From NCBI GenBank assembly GCA_041658485.1, contig JBBAAE010000001.1, positions 11,889 through 75,888 on the forward strand: DNA of 64,000 nucleotides, read 5' to 3'. Position 1 is the stretch's first letter; each line of letters starts with the position of its first letter. Positions 37,030 to 47,961 of this stretch are shown piece by piece. Source of the stretch: Minisyncoccota bacterium (GTDB lineage Bacteria; Patescibacteriota; Minisyncoccia; Phycocordibacterales; Phycocordibacteraceae). The notes beneath the pieces were generated by a model. That model saw only the letters and a program-made list of their open reading frames with translations, was not told where the DNA came from and ran no database searches. The translations under genes and the position numbers were made by a program.

Positions 37030-37638
37030 TTATTTTCCTCGAATTTCAATGACGGTACCTTTTCGTCCTGGAACTGCTCCACGAACAAAAATCTCATTTT
37101 TTACAGCGTCAACGCGAACTACCTCGAGGTTTGGAACAGTCACACGGTCAGAGCCCATTCGGCCTGCCATGCGCATACCTTTCACGACGCGACCGCCCGC
37201 TCGACCTGGACCTCCTCCTGAAGAACCGCGCTCTCTTTCAGAATGTTTCTGACCGTGTGTACGAGGGCCTCCTTTAAAGCCATATCGCTTAACCACACCT
37301 TGGAAACCCTTACCTTTTGAAATACCTGAAACAACGACGCTTTCACCTTCTGAGAAAGCAGTGACATCAAACGTTGCGCCTACTTCAAAGCCTTCGGCTC
37401 CATCGAAACGAAACTCACGAAGTCCACGAACATTTCCTTTAGGTTGTTGCGGTTTTGCGATGCGTGATTCCTTCTGCTCACCGTAACCTACCTGTACTGC
37501 CTTGTAGCCATCAGTCTCCACGTTCTTTACTTGAGTCACCGTAACCTTTGGTGCATGTATAACGGTAACAGGCACAGCGTGACCTGCTGAATTGAAGACC
37601 TGTGTCATTCCTTGTTTTGTTCCTATGATGAATTTCAT
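37030..37638 (-). CDS. rplC: 50S ribosomal protein L3
   Basis: MKFIIGTKQGMTQVFNSAGHAVPVTVI...GFKGGPRTHGQ. The start is placed at the internal Met; the track ORF extends to 37689. Confidence 0.9.
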   Translation of the reverse strand: MKFIIGTKQGMTQVFNSAGHAVPVTVIHAPKVTVTQVKNVETDGYKAVQVGYGEQKESRIAKPQQPKGNVRGLREFRFDGAEGFEVGATFDVTAFSEGESVVVSGISKGKGFQGVVKRYGFKGGPRTHGQKHSERERGSSGGGPGRAGGRVVKGMRMAGRMGSDRVTVPNLEVVRVDAVKNEIFVRGAVPGRKGTVIEIRGK

Positions 37639-37778
37639 TTTGTGAAAAGAAAAACGCGCACTAGTATTTCGCAGTGCGCGATATACCATTGGTCCGAAAG
37701 TAGCCTATTGGGCTTCCGTACGTAGCGTTTCGACTACTATACACAAAGCATCTAAAAGATGCAAGAAAACTCAAAACA

Positions 37779-37812
37779 ACAAAAAACACCCCATGCAGGG
37801 GTGTTTTTTGTT
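37779..37812. terminator. Terminator/attenuator-like hairpin between rpsJ and rplC
   Basis: aaaaaaCACCCCatgcaGGGGTGttttttgttgttttt, with T-runs on both strands. Confidence 0.5.
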
Positions 37813-37828
37813 GTTTTTAAAAATTCAA

Positions 37829-38224
37829 TTAAAGCATTCTGACATCAACCGAGACGCCTGATGGAAGCGAAAGGTTCGTCAAAGCATCAATGATTTTTGG
37901 TGTTGGATTCAGAATGTCCAAGATGCGCTTATGAGTACGAATCTCAAACTGCTCACGAGCATCTTTGTAGACGAACGATGAAGCATTGACCGTGAATTTC
38001 TTGATATCAGTTGGAAGTGGAATGGGCCCTACAACCTCCGCATCAAAGCGAAGCGCTGTGTCAATAATTTGCTTTACCGAAGCATCCAAGACTTTGTGGT
38101 CATATGCGCGAACACGGAGACGCAATTTGCCTACACCTCCTGCTGGAGCAGCAGCTTTCGCTGTCTTTGCTCCTGCTTTTGGTGCCTTGCGGACAGGCGT
38201 CTTTTTTTCTTTAGTGTCGGACAT
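37829..38224 (-). CDS. rpsJ: 30S ribosomal protein S10 (Lys/Ala-rich N-terminal extension)
   Basis: LRLRVRAYDHKVLDASVKQIIDTALRFDAEVVGPIPLPT...RTHKRILDI. Confidence 0.9.
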   Translation of the reverse strand: MSDTKEKKTPVRKAPKAGAKTAKAAAPAGGVGKLRLRVRAYDHKVLDASVKQIIDTALRFDAEVVGPIPLPTDIKKFTVNASSFVYKDAREQFEIRTHKRILDILNPTPKIIDALTNLSLPSGVSVDVRML

Positions 38225-38253
38225 AGATTTTCAAAGTTCGTGAATACTAGGCT

Positions 38254-39450
<1,197 letters not shown>

Positions 39451-39665
39451 ATAATTAATTATTAGTGCGTAGTAATTGGTAACACTGGTAAAAACAAATC
39501 AAAGAGCCCGAGAGCTCTTGCCGTCGATAGTCCTCGCACAACATTAGTGAGGAGTCTATAGACGAAAAGAACGCGTGAAGCGTTACGAGGTACTGTATCT
39601 GAAAGCTACAAAAGAGTCAAGAAAACAGGCGTATCTTTGGATATCTAAACACTCAACTCAGCTTT

Positions 39666-39917
39666 TTAATCATCAATTTCACGACCATTCCCATCGCACC
39701 CCGTTAAAACACCATTCTGTCGAGAGAAATGAGGCAAAATAACGGATTTCAGTCCATTTTGAACAATCATGACAATTTTTGAGCACACGGGACAGAAATG
39801 TGTAGGCCGAGTTTCTTTTTGTATTGAATCAAACGACATATGGGTTTCTACAAGGCACACAGCCTTAGTCATTACTGAATCCAACCCTTGAGAGGTGCGC
39901 AGGGGTCGCAATACCAA
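39666..39917 (-). CDS. Doubtful small Cys-containing ORF in the fusA-tuf gap
   Basis: 83 aa with a TTG start and no homology. It is the only ORF in an otherwise non-coding ~600-nt spacer. Confidence 0.12.
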   Translation of the reverse strand: MVLRPLRTSQGLDSVMTKAVCLVETHMSFDSIQKETRPTHFCPVCSKIVMIVQNGLKSVILPHFSRQNGVLTGCDGNGREIDD

Positions 39918-40057
39918 GCCCTATCTATATAAACGTCTGCAGTGTTTGAGCAAAGTTTACACTTCGGGTTTTCTGGAGGCAATCCAGAAATTTCTCTATT
40001 CCCCAGACTTTCCTGCCCTCCCCACATAGTAATTAAGAAAATAGCCTAGAGAAAACT

Positions 40058-42211
40058 CTACTTGCGAGATGCTTTGATAGTCTCAGCGACGTTTTGTGGC
40101 ACCACTTCGTAGTGATCGAATTCCATTGCCATAACGCCACGACCCTCGGTCATTGAGCGAAGTGCTGTGGTGTAACCAAACATTTCTGAAAGTGGCACTT
40201 TTGCATTCACTACCTTTGCCATACCTCGCTCTTCAATTGAATCAATGGCACCGCGCTTTGAAGTAATGTGTCCGGTGATATCACCCATGAATTTTTCAGG
40301 TACTACCACCTCCACTTTCATAACAGGTTCGAGCAATACTGGTCGTGCACGCTCAGCAGCTTCTTTGAATGCCATCGACGCTGCAATTTTGAATGCAATT
40401 TCTGATGAGTCGACATCGTGGGATGAGCCGTCAAAGAGATCAATTGAAATGTCCTCCATTTTGAAGCCGGCAACAATACCGCGTTCCATTGCTTCACGAA
40501 TACCCTTCTCAACCGCAGGAATAAATTCTTGTGGAATAACGCCCCCCTTAATGTTGTTGATGAACTCAAAGTGCGCTTCGCGCTTCACATTGTTCTTTAC
40601 CTTTGCACCAGGATCAATTGGTTCCATTGGTCGAATTTTGATTGCCACATGTCCGTACTGACCTTTACCACCAGTCTGCTTAATATATTTATGATTTGCT
40701 TCTGCTTCTTTCTGAATTGTTTCACGGTATGCAACTTGTGGTTTACCAGTGTTCGCATCCACATTGAACTCGCGCTTCATGCGGTCTACCAAAATTTCCA
40801 AGTGAAGTTCACCCATGCCTGCAATAATTGTTTCCATGGTTTCAGCGTCTGAAGTGACACGGAAACTTGGGTCTTCATCAGAAAGTTTTTTGAGCGCCAT
40901 ACCCATTCTCTCTTGGTCACCTTTTGTTTTTGGTTCAATGCGCATCGACACCACTGGGTCTGGTGCCTTGATGACTTCAAGAATCATTGGGTTTGCTTCA
41001 TCAGCAAGCGTGTTAGAAGTTTTTGCTTCTTTCAATCCTACTGCTGCAGCAATTTCTCCTGTGAAAACTTCTTTCACTTCTTCACGCTTGTCGGCTTGCA
41101 AACGCACAATGCGTCCTAAGCGTTCCTTCACACCAGTTGATGCGTTGTAGACATACGAGCCTGCTTCAATTTTTCCTGAGTACACACGGAAGAATGAAAG
41201 TGCTCCCACGAATGGATCGGTCTGGAGTTTAAATACGAGCGCACAGAATGGTTCGTCATCTGATGCAGTGCGGAAAACTTCTTCACCTGTGTCTGGATTA
41301 ATACCTTTCGTTGGAGGCAAATCGAGTGGCGATGGAAGATATTCAACAACTGCGTCGAGTACGAGCTGCACACCTTTGTTCTTCAATGCAGAACCTGCGT
41401 ACACCGGAACAATTTTGTTATCAATAACTGCCTTGCGGAGTGTTTTCTTTAAATCAGCAAGTGATGGCTCTACTCCTTCCAAATATGCCTGCATAAGCAC
41501 ATCGTCCTCTGTAACAATTTTCTCAATGAGTTCTGCGCGATACTTTTCAACATCTGCTTTCAAATTTTCAGGAATTTCTTTTTCACGACGAACAACCTCA
41601 CCCATGTCGCCATCGAAGTACACCGCTTCGCGAGTCAAAAGCTCAATGACGCCCACATGCTCTCCTTCCTCACCAATAGGAACCTGCATGCGAACGGCAT
41701 CTTTTGTAAGACGGTCAAGAATAGATGCGTACGAGCGTTCAAATGATGCGCCGGTTCGATCGAGTTTATTTATGAAACAAATACGAGGAACTTTTCCTTC
41801 GTCAGCGTAACGCCAGTTTGTTTCTGATTGTGGCTCTACGCCTGCAACGCCGTCAAAAACAACAACTGCGCCGTCAAGAACACGAAGTGATCGTTTCACT
41901 TCAATCGTGAAGTCGATGTGACCAGGAGTGTCGATAACATTAAAACGAATTTTCTTCGAGGTATCTTTTTTATCTGTCTCTTCAGTAGGTGTCCAGAAAC
42001 AAGTGATAGCAGCAGAGGTAATGGTGATACCGCGCTCACGCTCTTGCTCCATCCAGTCGGTCGTCGTCTCACCTTCGTGCACCTCGCCGATTTTGTGTTG
42101 AGAGCCTGTGTAGTACAAAACACGCTCAGAGGTTGTTGTCTTACCTGCATCAATGTGCGCAATGATGCCGAAGTTTCGAACGCGATCCAATGGATAGTCT
42201 CTTTTGCCCAT
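40058..42211 (-). CDS. fusA: Elongation factor G
   Basis: 717 aa; AHIDAGKTTTSERVL, DTPGHIDFTIEV, full EF-G domain layout. Confidence 0.97.
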   Translation of the reverse strand: MGKRDYPLDRVRNFGIIAHIDAGKTTTSERVLYYTGSQHKIGEVHEGETTTDWMEQERERGITITSAAITCFWTPTEETDKKDTSKKIRFNVIDTPGHIDFTIEVKRSLRVLDGAVVVFDGVAGVEPQSETNWRYADEGKVPRICFINKLDRTGASFERSYASILDRLTKDAVRMQVPIGEEGEHVGVIELLTREAVYFDGDMGEVVRREKEIPENLKADVEKYRAELIEKIVTEDDVLMQAYLEGVEPSLADLKKTLRKAVIDNKIVPVYAGSALKNKGVQLVLDAVVEYLPSPLDLPPTKGINPDTGEEVFRTASDDEPFCALVFKLQTDPFVGALSFFRVYSGKIEAGSYVYNASTGVKERLGRIVRLQADKREEVKEVFTGEIAAAVGLKEAKTSNTLADEANPMILEVIKAPDPVVSMRIEPKTKGDQERMGMALKKLSDEDPSFRVTSDAETMETIIAGMGELHLEILVDRMKREFNVDANTGKPQVAYRETIQKEAEANHKYIKQTGGKGQYGHVAIKIRPMEPIDPGAKVKNNVKREAHFEFINNIKGGVIPQEFIPAVEKGIREAMERGIVAGFKMEDISIDLFDGSSHDVDSSEIAFKIAASMAFKEAAERARPVLLEPVMKVEVVVPEKFMGDITGHITSKRGAIDSIEERGMAKVVNAKVPLSEMFGYTTALRSMTEGRGVMAMEFDHYEVVPQNVAETIKASRK

Positions 42212-42355
42212 AATATTATTAAGAATTCTTATTTTTTAACTGACAAGTCTTTGTTTCCATATCGCAATAAAAACCAGCTGGGCAATCTCCTGCAAGAGGA
42301 CTACAACGTCTCCCTTCTGCTGATTTTTCTACAACTTTCTCTACTGGCATAGAAA

Positions 42356-42826
42356 CTACCAAGCTAAGTGCGCAAATGCGCGGTTTGATTCCGCCATGCG
42401 GTGCACATCCTCACGCTTCTTCACAGCACTTCCTTCATTTTTTGATGCTGCCATCAACTCATCCGCAAGCTTCAAAGCCATTGGCTTTCCTTTCTTTGCA
42501 CGAGCCGCTGAAACAATCCATCTAAACGCGAGCGAGCGACGGCGCTCAGGTCTGACTTCACGAGGGACTTGGTAGTTTGCACCACCAACGCGTCTCGAGC
42601 GTACTTCAATTGTTGGGCTTACATTAGAAATTGCTGTATCAAAAACAACTATTGGATCAAGCGTTTCATCGCGCTTTTTTATTTCATCGAGAGCATCATA
42701 GACAATTGTCTGTGCAACGCTCTTCTTTCCATCCCACATAACAGTGTTGATGAAGCGTGCCAAAAACTCTGAATCATATTTTGAATCAGGATTGATGATA
42801 TTTTGTTTTTTGAGTCGTCTACGCAT
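42356..42826 (-). CDS. rpsG: 30S ribosomal protein S7
   Basis: [39 protein letters not shown]. Confidence 0.93.
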   Translation of the reverse strand: MRRRLKKQNIINPDSKYDSEFLARFINTVMWDGKKSVAQTIVYDALDEIKKRDETLDPIVVFDTAISNVSPTIEVRSRRVGGANYQVPREVRPERRRSLAFRWIVSAARAKKGKPMALKLADELMAASKNEGSAVKKREDVHRMAESNRAFAHLAW

Positions 42827-42829
42827 ATA

Positions 42830-43243
42830 TTATTTTGCCTTTGGGCGCTTACTTCCGTAACGGCTTCGTCCACGGCGACGCTTTTCAAGACCTGCTGCGT
42901 CAAGGCGTCCACGGACAACCTTATAGCGAAGTGAAAGGTCTTTAGTACGACCACCACGGAGCATAACCACTGAGTGTTCCTGCAAGTTGTGACCTTCACC
43001 AGGAATGTATGCGGTGACTTCCATGCCGTTTGTAAGGCGGACACGAGCAATTTTACGAACAGCTGAGTTTGGCTTTCTTGGAGTTTTGGTTGTTACTTTT
43101 GTACAAACACCGCGTTTAAATGGTGACGGGTAGAAGGTAGGACGATTCTTTAATACATTGAAACCACGAGACAAAGCAACGGTTTTCGTCTTGCGAGATG
43201 TTTTTTTGCGAGGGTTTTTCCTCAGTTGATTTATTGTAGCCAT
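42830..43243 (-). CDS. rpsL: 30S ribosomal protein S12
   Basis: [14 protein letters not shown]...[47 protein letters not shown]. The start is trimmed to MATINQ; the track ORF runs to 43291. Confidence 0.93.
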   Translation of the reverse strand: MATINQLRKNPRKKTSRKTKTVALSRGFNVLKNRPTFYPSPFKRGVCTKVTTKTPRKPNSAVRKIARVRLTNGMEVTAYIPGEGHNLQEHSVVMLRGGRTKDLSLRYKVVRGRLDAAGLEKRRRGRSRYGSKRPKAK

Positions 43244-43291
43244 TGTTACGAAAAAACTGCGCAAGGGCAGTTCGGATACTATACAAGGCAA

Positions 43292-43702
43292 GGCTCAAAA
43301 ACGCAACAGTGCTAGCTAAACTCTAGTTCAAAATGACTAAAACTTTAGTGCATTTTGCAACGATACCCCCGGTCAGTCCAACGGACCTGGAAGTTTTTAC
43401 CCCTCTCATCACACACGCCACATCTGGGCTTTACATTTCGACGTTCATGGGAAATTCTCATTACTAGCAACTGTAACACAAAATAACACTATATGTCAAA
43501 TTTCCTCCTTAAAAAGCTCTTAAATAATGCTTATTTAAGAAGCTATTCAAATAAGGCACCAAAACTTATATATTATATTGCGGGTTTGTGTTTTGAGCAC
43601 CGAAACCCATATTCTCCGTAGTGCCAACCTAAGGTTCCACATCTCTTGTACCCGCACTTTCCTTTTTGTACCCCTTCGCGTGCCATAGTCTCAGAATACT
43701 AC
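43292..43702 (-). promoter_or_regulatory. About 410 nt of non-coding leader/promoter region upstream of rpsL (first gene of the ribosomal supercluster)
   Basis: No ORF and no tRNA found. A minus-strand TTGACA at about 43493-43498 has an AT-rich -10-like region 17 nt downstream. The promoter assignment is tentative. Confidence 0.3.
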
Positions 43703-44332
43703 TTAAGTACCAACGATCAATGAGAAGAGAGTCTGCACAAAGCCTGAAAGGTACGGCCATAAGAGGTATATAGCAACAAGACTGACCATAATGAGCCCAA
43801 AAGGGCCTAGCGCATACATCGAGGTTTCAAGGCGTCCGTAGGCAAGGGCAAGCTTGCTTGGGAGGATAGAACGAAGGACTTTTGAGCCATCGAGAGGGGG
43901 TATTGGGATGAGATTGTAGATTGCCAGCACGAGGTTGGCATATACCACCGTTACACATATACCGAGAAACGCCCCTGAAAGACCTAGAGAACCAGAAAAA
44001 CGCAAAATAAGCCCAAATATAAGGGCGATAAGGATATTAGTGAGCGGGCCTGCGACACCAACCATTGCTTCTCCCCATCGCTGATTCCTTAAATTGTAAG
44101 GGTTATAGGGGACTGGCTTTGCCCAGCCAATTAAAAAAGAAGAGCCTGTTAATGCGAGGATTCCCGGAATAAGAATAGAGCCTACTGGGTCAATGTGTGG
44201 CAGTGGGTTCAGGGTCAATCTCCCTGCATAACGCGCCGTTGGGTCACCGAGCCAGTTTGCCGCAAAGCCGTGCGCAATCTCATGAAGGATTATCGAAAAA
44301 ATAACTATGACGATGCCGATGAGGAATTCCAT
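43703..44332 (-). CDS. Site-2 protease family (peptidase M50) membrane zinc metalloprotease
   Basis: HEIAHG (HExxH) inside transmembrane helix 1, GRLTLNPLPHIDPVGS, four transmembrane helices, 209 aa. Confidence 0.7.
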   Translation of the reverse strand: MEFLIGIVIVIFSIILHEIAHGFAANWLGDPTARYAGRLTLNPLPHIDPVGSILIPGILALTGSSFLIGWAKPVPYNPYNLRNQRWGEAMVGVAGPLTNILIALIFGLILRFSGSLGLSGAFLGICVTVVYANLVLAIYNLIPIPPLDGSKVLRSILPSKLALAYGRLETSMYALGPFGLIMVSLVAIYLLWPYLSGFVQTLFSLIVGT

Positions 44333-44346
44333 ATTTAGCTAGCCAG

Positions 44347-44404
44347 TAGGGTATAGGGTATAGGGTAACAGCATTAAAATCTAGTGGCTAAACCCTAGTG
44401 GCTA
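44347..44404. repeat. (TAGGGTA)x3 tandem plus a CTAGTGGCTAAACCCTAGTGGCTA unit of the G-triplet repeat family
   Basis: Divergent spacer between the site-2 protease and the TrmH-family methyltransferase. Confidence 0.55.
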
Positions 44405-44430
44405 ATGACTGCCGATGCTACACTCGCACT

Positions 44431-45171
44431 ATGCAACGAGAGAAAGTCTATATATATGGAAAGCATGCGGTCGCTGAGGCGGTTGAGCACGCTACGCATG
44501 TAGTTAAGAAAGTTTTCCTTTCCCCAGTCTTTGATGATGAAAAAATAAAAAATCTCTTAGAAAAGAAAAAAATAACCATCGCCACACTAAAAGGAAGCGA
44601 CATGGTTGGAAATGATGCGGTGCATCAGGGCATTGTCGCTATCATCGACACCGAAGCGCTCTTGGTTCCTTTTGAAACATTCATACAAACACTCAACATT
44701 TCTAAAAAGCCAGCGCTCGTACTTTTAGGAGAATTACAGGATCCACACAATGTAGGCGCAATTATTCGTTCCGCTGCAGCGATGGGACTCTCTGCTGTTC
44801 TTATTCCTGAACATCGAACAGCTCCGATAACAGGAGCAGTCGTAAAAACTTCCGCTGGTATGGCATTCCGTATTCCTCTAGTAACCATTGGCAATGTAAA
44901 CCAAACCATTCGTCTTCTGAAAGAAAAGGGGTTTTGGACATACGGTCTTGCAGGTAAGGGCGCACAATCTTTGATCGATGAATCTTTTAGCGAGCCATCG
45001 CTTTTTATCGTTGGCAACGAAGGAAAAGGTATTCGTGAGAAAACTGAGGAGCTCTGCGATGTGTTGCTCCGTATTCCTGTACATCCACGCACAGAGTCAC
45101 TAAACGCCGCCGCTTCCGCCGCAATCGTATTTTACGAATGGAGTCGAGGCCATCAAGGCGCTCTTAAATAG
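44431..45171 (+). CDS. TrmH/SpoU-family RNA 2'-O-methyltransferase (RlmB-like)
   Basis: LLGELQDPHNVGAIIRSAAAMG...IVGNEGKGIREKT...IPVHPRTESLNAAASAAIVFYEW. The track ORF starts at 44398. Confidence 0.8.
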   Translation: MQREKVYIYGKHAVAEAVEHATHVVKKVFLSPVFDDEKIKNLLEKKKITIATLKGSDMVGNDAVHQGIVAIIDTEALLVPFETFIQTLNISKKPALVLLGELQDPHNVGAIIRSAAAMGLSAVLIPEHRTAPITGAVVKTSAGMAFRIPLVTIGNVNQTIRLLKEKGFWTYGLAGKGAQSLIDESFSEPSLFIVGNEGKGIREKTEELCDVLLRIPVHPRTESLNAAASAAIVFYEWSRGHQGALK

Positions 45172-45215
45172 AGTTGTAAGGTTCTAGATTTAAAGCTGGA
45201 AGCTACCCTCATCTC

Positions 45216-45932
45216 ATGAGCAGACAAAACAACTTCTGGAATAAAGAATACGGTAAATCAGACCGCACTGGTGGCGCCAACCCTCACCTCGCTCTTTCAG
45301 TTGAACCATCTGAAGACTTAGAAAAATTCGGACGATTTTTGATGCGCGAATACGGAAAGAAGTTCCTCAATGTAACCGCACAAGCGCTCGACATTGGATG
45401 TGGCAACGGGCGCAACCTCATTTACCTTGCAAACGCATTCGGCATGCGCGGTGTCGGATACGACCTTTCAGAAGTAGCAATCACTGTCGCAAAAAAAGCA
45501 GGTGAAGGTTTGCCTATCAAGTTTTTTGTGCAAGATATGGAGAAGCCAATTCCCTTGCCTGACGCATCCGTCACCATTGCGCTCGACATGATGAGCTCGC
45601 ATGTTTTGAAACAAGCAGAGCGAGAACAACTTCGAAGTGAAATACTCCGTGTCTTAAAACCGGGTGGGTGGCTTTTCTTTAAATCGTTCCTTCTTGATGA
45701 CGATTCTCACGCGAAACGCCTACTTCGTGAAAGTCCAGGAGATGAGCCTGGGATGTACATCCATCCAGAAATTCACACTGCCGAGTATGTGTGGACAGAA
45801 GAGGCACTGCGCGAGTTCTTTGAACCCTATTTCACTATCCACAAAATCGAAAAATCTTTTAAACACAAGCATGCTGACGGAAGTGCTTGGAAAAGACGAA
45901 CGATCGTCGCCTATCTTGAGAAGAGCAACTAG
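45216..45932 (+). CDS. Class I SAM-dependent methyltransferase
   Basis: LDIGCGNGRNLIYLA (motif I), VLKPGGWLFF. Confidence 0.7.
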   Translation: MSRQNNFWNKEYGKSDRTGGANPHLALSVEPSEDLEKFGRFLMREYGKKFLNVTAQALDIGCGNGRNLIYLANAFGMRGVGYDLSEVAITVAKKAGEGLPIKFFVQDMEKPIPLPDASVTIALDMMSSHVLKQAEREQLRSEILRVLKPGGWLFFKSFLLDDDSHAKRLLRESPGDEPGMYIHPEIHTAEYVWTEEALREFFEPYFTIHKIEKSFKHKHADGSAWKRRTIVAYLEKSN

Positions 45933-46003
45933 CTAATCAACACTCTATAAATCCTGAGCGTGGGATTTACTTTTCATTTTTGGGATGGTATCCTCTAAAA
46001 ACT

Positions 46004-46246
46004 ATGGCTAAGGCATGCGCTGTAACAGGTAAATCATCTCTCGTCGGAGGGAGATACTCAAATCGCACTCGTGCGACGCAGTACAACCCATGCGGTAAGG
46101 TGCGCCGTAAGGCAAACCTACAAAAGCACAAAATCTTTGTGCCTGAGCTTAATAAGCACATTTCGCTTCTTCTTTCAGCTCGTGCTGTAAAGACCATTGC
46201 AAAGCGTGGTGCTTTTAAGACCCTCAAGAAAGCTAATATTATTTAA
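46004..46246 (+). CDS. rpmB: 50S ribosomal protein L28
   Basis: MAKACAVTGKSSLVGGRYSNRTRATQYNPCGKVRRKANLQKHKIFVPELNKHISLLLSARAVKTIAKRGA. The track ORF starts at 45980. Confidence 0.8.
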   Translation: MAKACAVTGKSSLVGGRYSNRTRATQYNPCGKVRRKANLQKHKIFVPELNKHISLLLSARAVKTIAKRGAFKTLKKANII

Positions 46247-46464
46247 CCGCTCTTTAAGGTAGACGGTACGCCGTTTACATTAGGGAGTTTTTTTATTGTG
46301 AAATATATGTCAGAAAAAAGATTTCCACCAACTAAGGGCGACAGCGGGCGCTCATTCCACGAAGAGTCGGTAACTCGACAATGCTTAAGCATTGATTGTT
46401 CTAAAGATGTCCCTCTCTATGTGCTCATGTTTACAGGTGGCACATGCCTTGGGTGCAGAACAGC

Positions 46465-47301
46465 TTAGTTATCTAAAGCGCTTACTCTCAAGCCGTTTGA
46501 TACAAAAGTGATTCTACTGTCCTTGCAGGTATCGAAGATAAAGATGCTGAGACTCTGAAATAGATCTACAACCTGTGGCGCTGGATGTCCGTACTTGTTA
46601 TCGCATCCACGAGAGAAGACTCCGTATGCGGGGTTAACTGCTTTCACAAATTCAGGTGCACTAGAGTTTTTTGAGCCATGGTGCCCTGCTTTGAGGACAG
46701 TGCTTTGAAGGCTCTTACCATCAACCGACACCAAATATTTTTCAATTACCTGCGGTGAATCTCCGTTCAGTAGAAACGACGTGTCTCCATACACAACACG
46801 CATCACTATTGAGCCCGTGTTGGTTTCAATGTTAGACACATCTCTATCTGGAAAAAGAATATCTGCGTATGCCCCACCGCCAAGAATTAATCGCATACCT
46901 CGCCTAGCAATAATCTTTTTCACTCCTGATTTTTGTACTGCAAGCACCACCGCTTTCGTCGCTTTTGTATCATTTGGAATCCCTGGCTCCAAAAATGTTC
47001 CCACCTGATATCGCTCAAACACATCAGGAATACCTCCAAGGTGATCTTGATCTGGATGTGTCTCTACTACTGCATCGATAGCGCGATCAAAAAGAGGCAT
47101 CACACTCCCGAGCTCCCGAAGCACTGACTTGTCTGGCGGTCCCGCATCGATAAGCATTTGTATGCCCGTTGGACCTTCTATGAAAATAGAATCGCCTTGT
47201 CCTATATTTAAAAAAGAAACCTTGAGTCCATGCGGAACAGGAATCGTCCATACAAAAATATTCCCCAAAACAAGAATGCCAACCAGTATAATTCTCGCCA
47301 C
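46465..47301 (-). CDS. ComEC-type MBL-fold metallo-hydrolase domain protein (ComEC C-terminal domain as a separate gene)
   Basis: N-terminal transmembrane anchor, then LNIGQGDSIFIE and HPDQDHLGG, typical of the ComEC/Rec2 beta-lactamase domain. Confidence 0.7.
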   Translation of the reverse strand: MARIILVGILVLGNIFVWTIPVPHGLKVSFLNIGQGDSIFIEGPTGIQMLIDAGPPDKSVLRELGSVMPLFDRAIDAVVETHPDQDHLGGIPDVFERYQVGTFLEPGIPNDTKATKAVVLAVQKSGVKKIIARRGMRLILGGGAYADILFPDRDVSNIETNTGSIVMRVVYGDTSFLLNGDSPQVIEKYLVSVDGKSLQSTVLKAGHHGSKNSSAPEFVKAVNPAYGVFSRGCDNKYGHPAPQVVDLFQSLSIFIFDTCKDSRITFVSNGLRVSALDN

Positions 47302-47351
47302 ACTGACAATGATATAATGCCACCGAGGCTAGTAGCCATTCAGAAGATATT

Positions 47352-47380
47352 CACCTAAACGCTAACCACTACCCCCCTAG
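47352..47380. repeat. G-triplet family repeat unit (CACCTAAACGCTAACCACTACCCCCCTAG)
   Basis: Divergent spacer between the ComEC-MBL gene and sod. Confidence 0.5.
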
Positions 47381-47385
47381 TTCAT

Positions 47386-47961
47386 ATGTACACTGCAAAA
47401 AAATTCACCTTCGGAAACTTGGATGGTATTTCACCCAAGCAACTTGAAGTACACATCAAACTCTACGAAGGGTATGTAAAATTCCTGAACACTCTTGAGG
47501 AAACTGTTGCGGATCTAAAAAAAGACTCTGAAAAAAATGCCTACGCCCTCGCTGAAGTTACGCGTCGCATCGGCTTTGAATGGAATGGTATGCGCATGCA
47601 TGAACACTACTTCGCACAGTGGGAAGGAACACCTTCTCCTATTGAAGGAGCACTTAGAGATGCACTGGCAGCGCAATACGGCAGTTACGAAAAATGGGAG
47701 AACGAATTCAAAGCAGTCGGAATGATGCGTGGCATTGGTTGGGCAATACTTTCATACGATGCCACAACTAAGAATTTTCTTACTCACTTCGTTGCCGACC
47801 ACGAACTAGGACAACTCAACGACACAAAAACAATCCTTGCTCTCGACATGTGGGAACACGCCTATATGGTGGATTACATTCCTGCAGACAAAAAACAATA
47901 TATAGAAGCGTTTTTTAAGAATTTGAATGGTGCTTCGATCCAAGTGCGATTTCCTTCCTGA
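47386..47961 (+). CDS. Fe/Mn-type superoxide dismutase family protein (divergent)
   Basis: C-terminal DMWEHAYMVDY (Asp and His ligands), WNGMRMHEHYF, N-terminal EVHIKLYEGYV. Several second-sphere His residues are substituted. Confidence 0.7.
   Translation: MYTAKKFTFGNLDGISPKQLEVHIKLYEGYVKFLNTLEETVADLKKDSEKNAYALAEVTRRIGFEWNGMRMHEHYFAQWEGTPSPIEGALRDALAAQYGSYEKWENEFKAVGMMRGIGWAILSYDATTKNFLTHFVADHELGQLNDTKTILALDMWEHAYMVDYIPADKKQYIEAFFKNLNGASIQVRFPS

Noticed and set aside
43292-43702. Searched the rpsL upstream region and the fusA-tuf gap (39451-40057) for tRNA genes, which often flank tuf and the str operon
   Set aside because: No T-arm consensus (GTTCGAATC or TTCAAATC variants) and no acceptor-stem pairing were found. 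No tRNA is called.
47386-47961. Possibility that the SOD-like protein is catalytically dead because several conserved His residues are substituted
   Set aside because: The primary metal ligands (the first His of the N-terminal pair, the H-x-H block, and the D and H of the DMWEHAY motif) appear retained in my manual alignment. Only second-sphere residues differ, so there is no basis to call it inactive.
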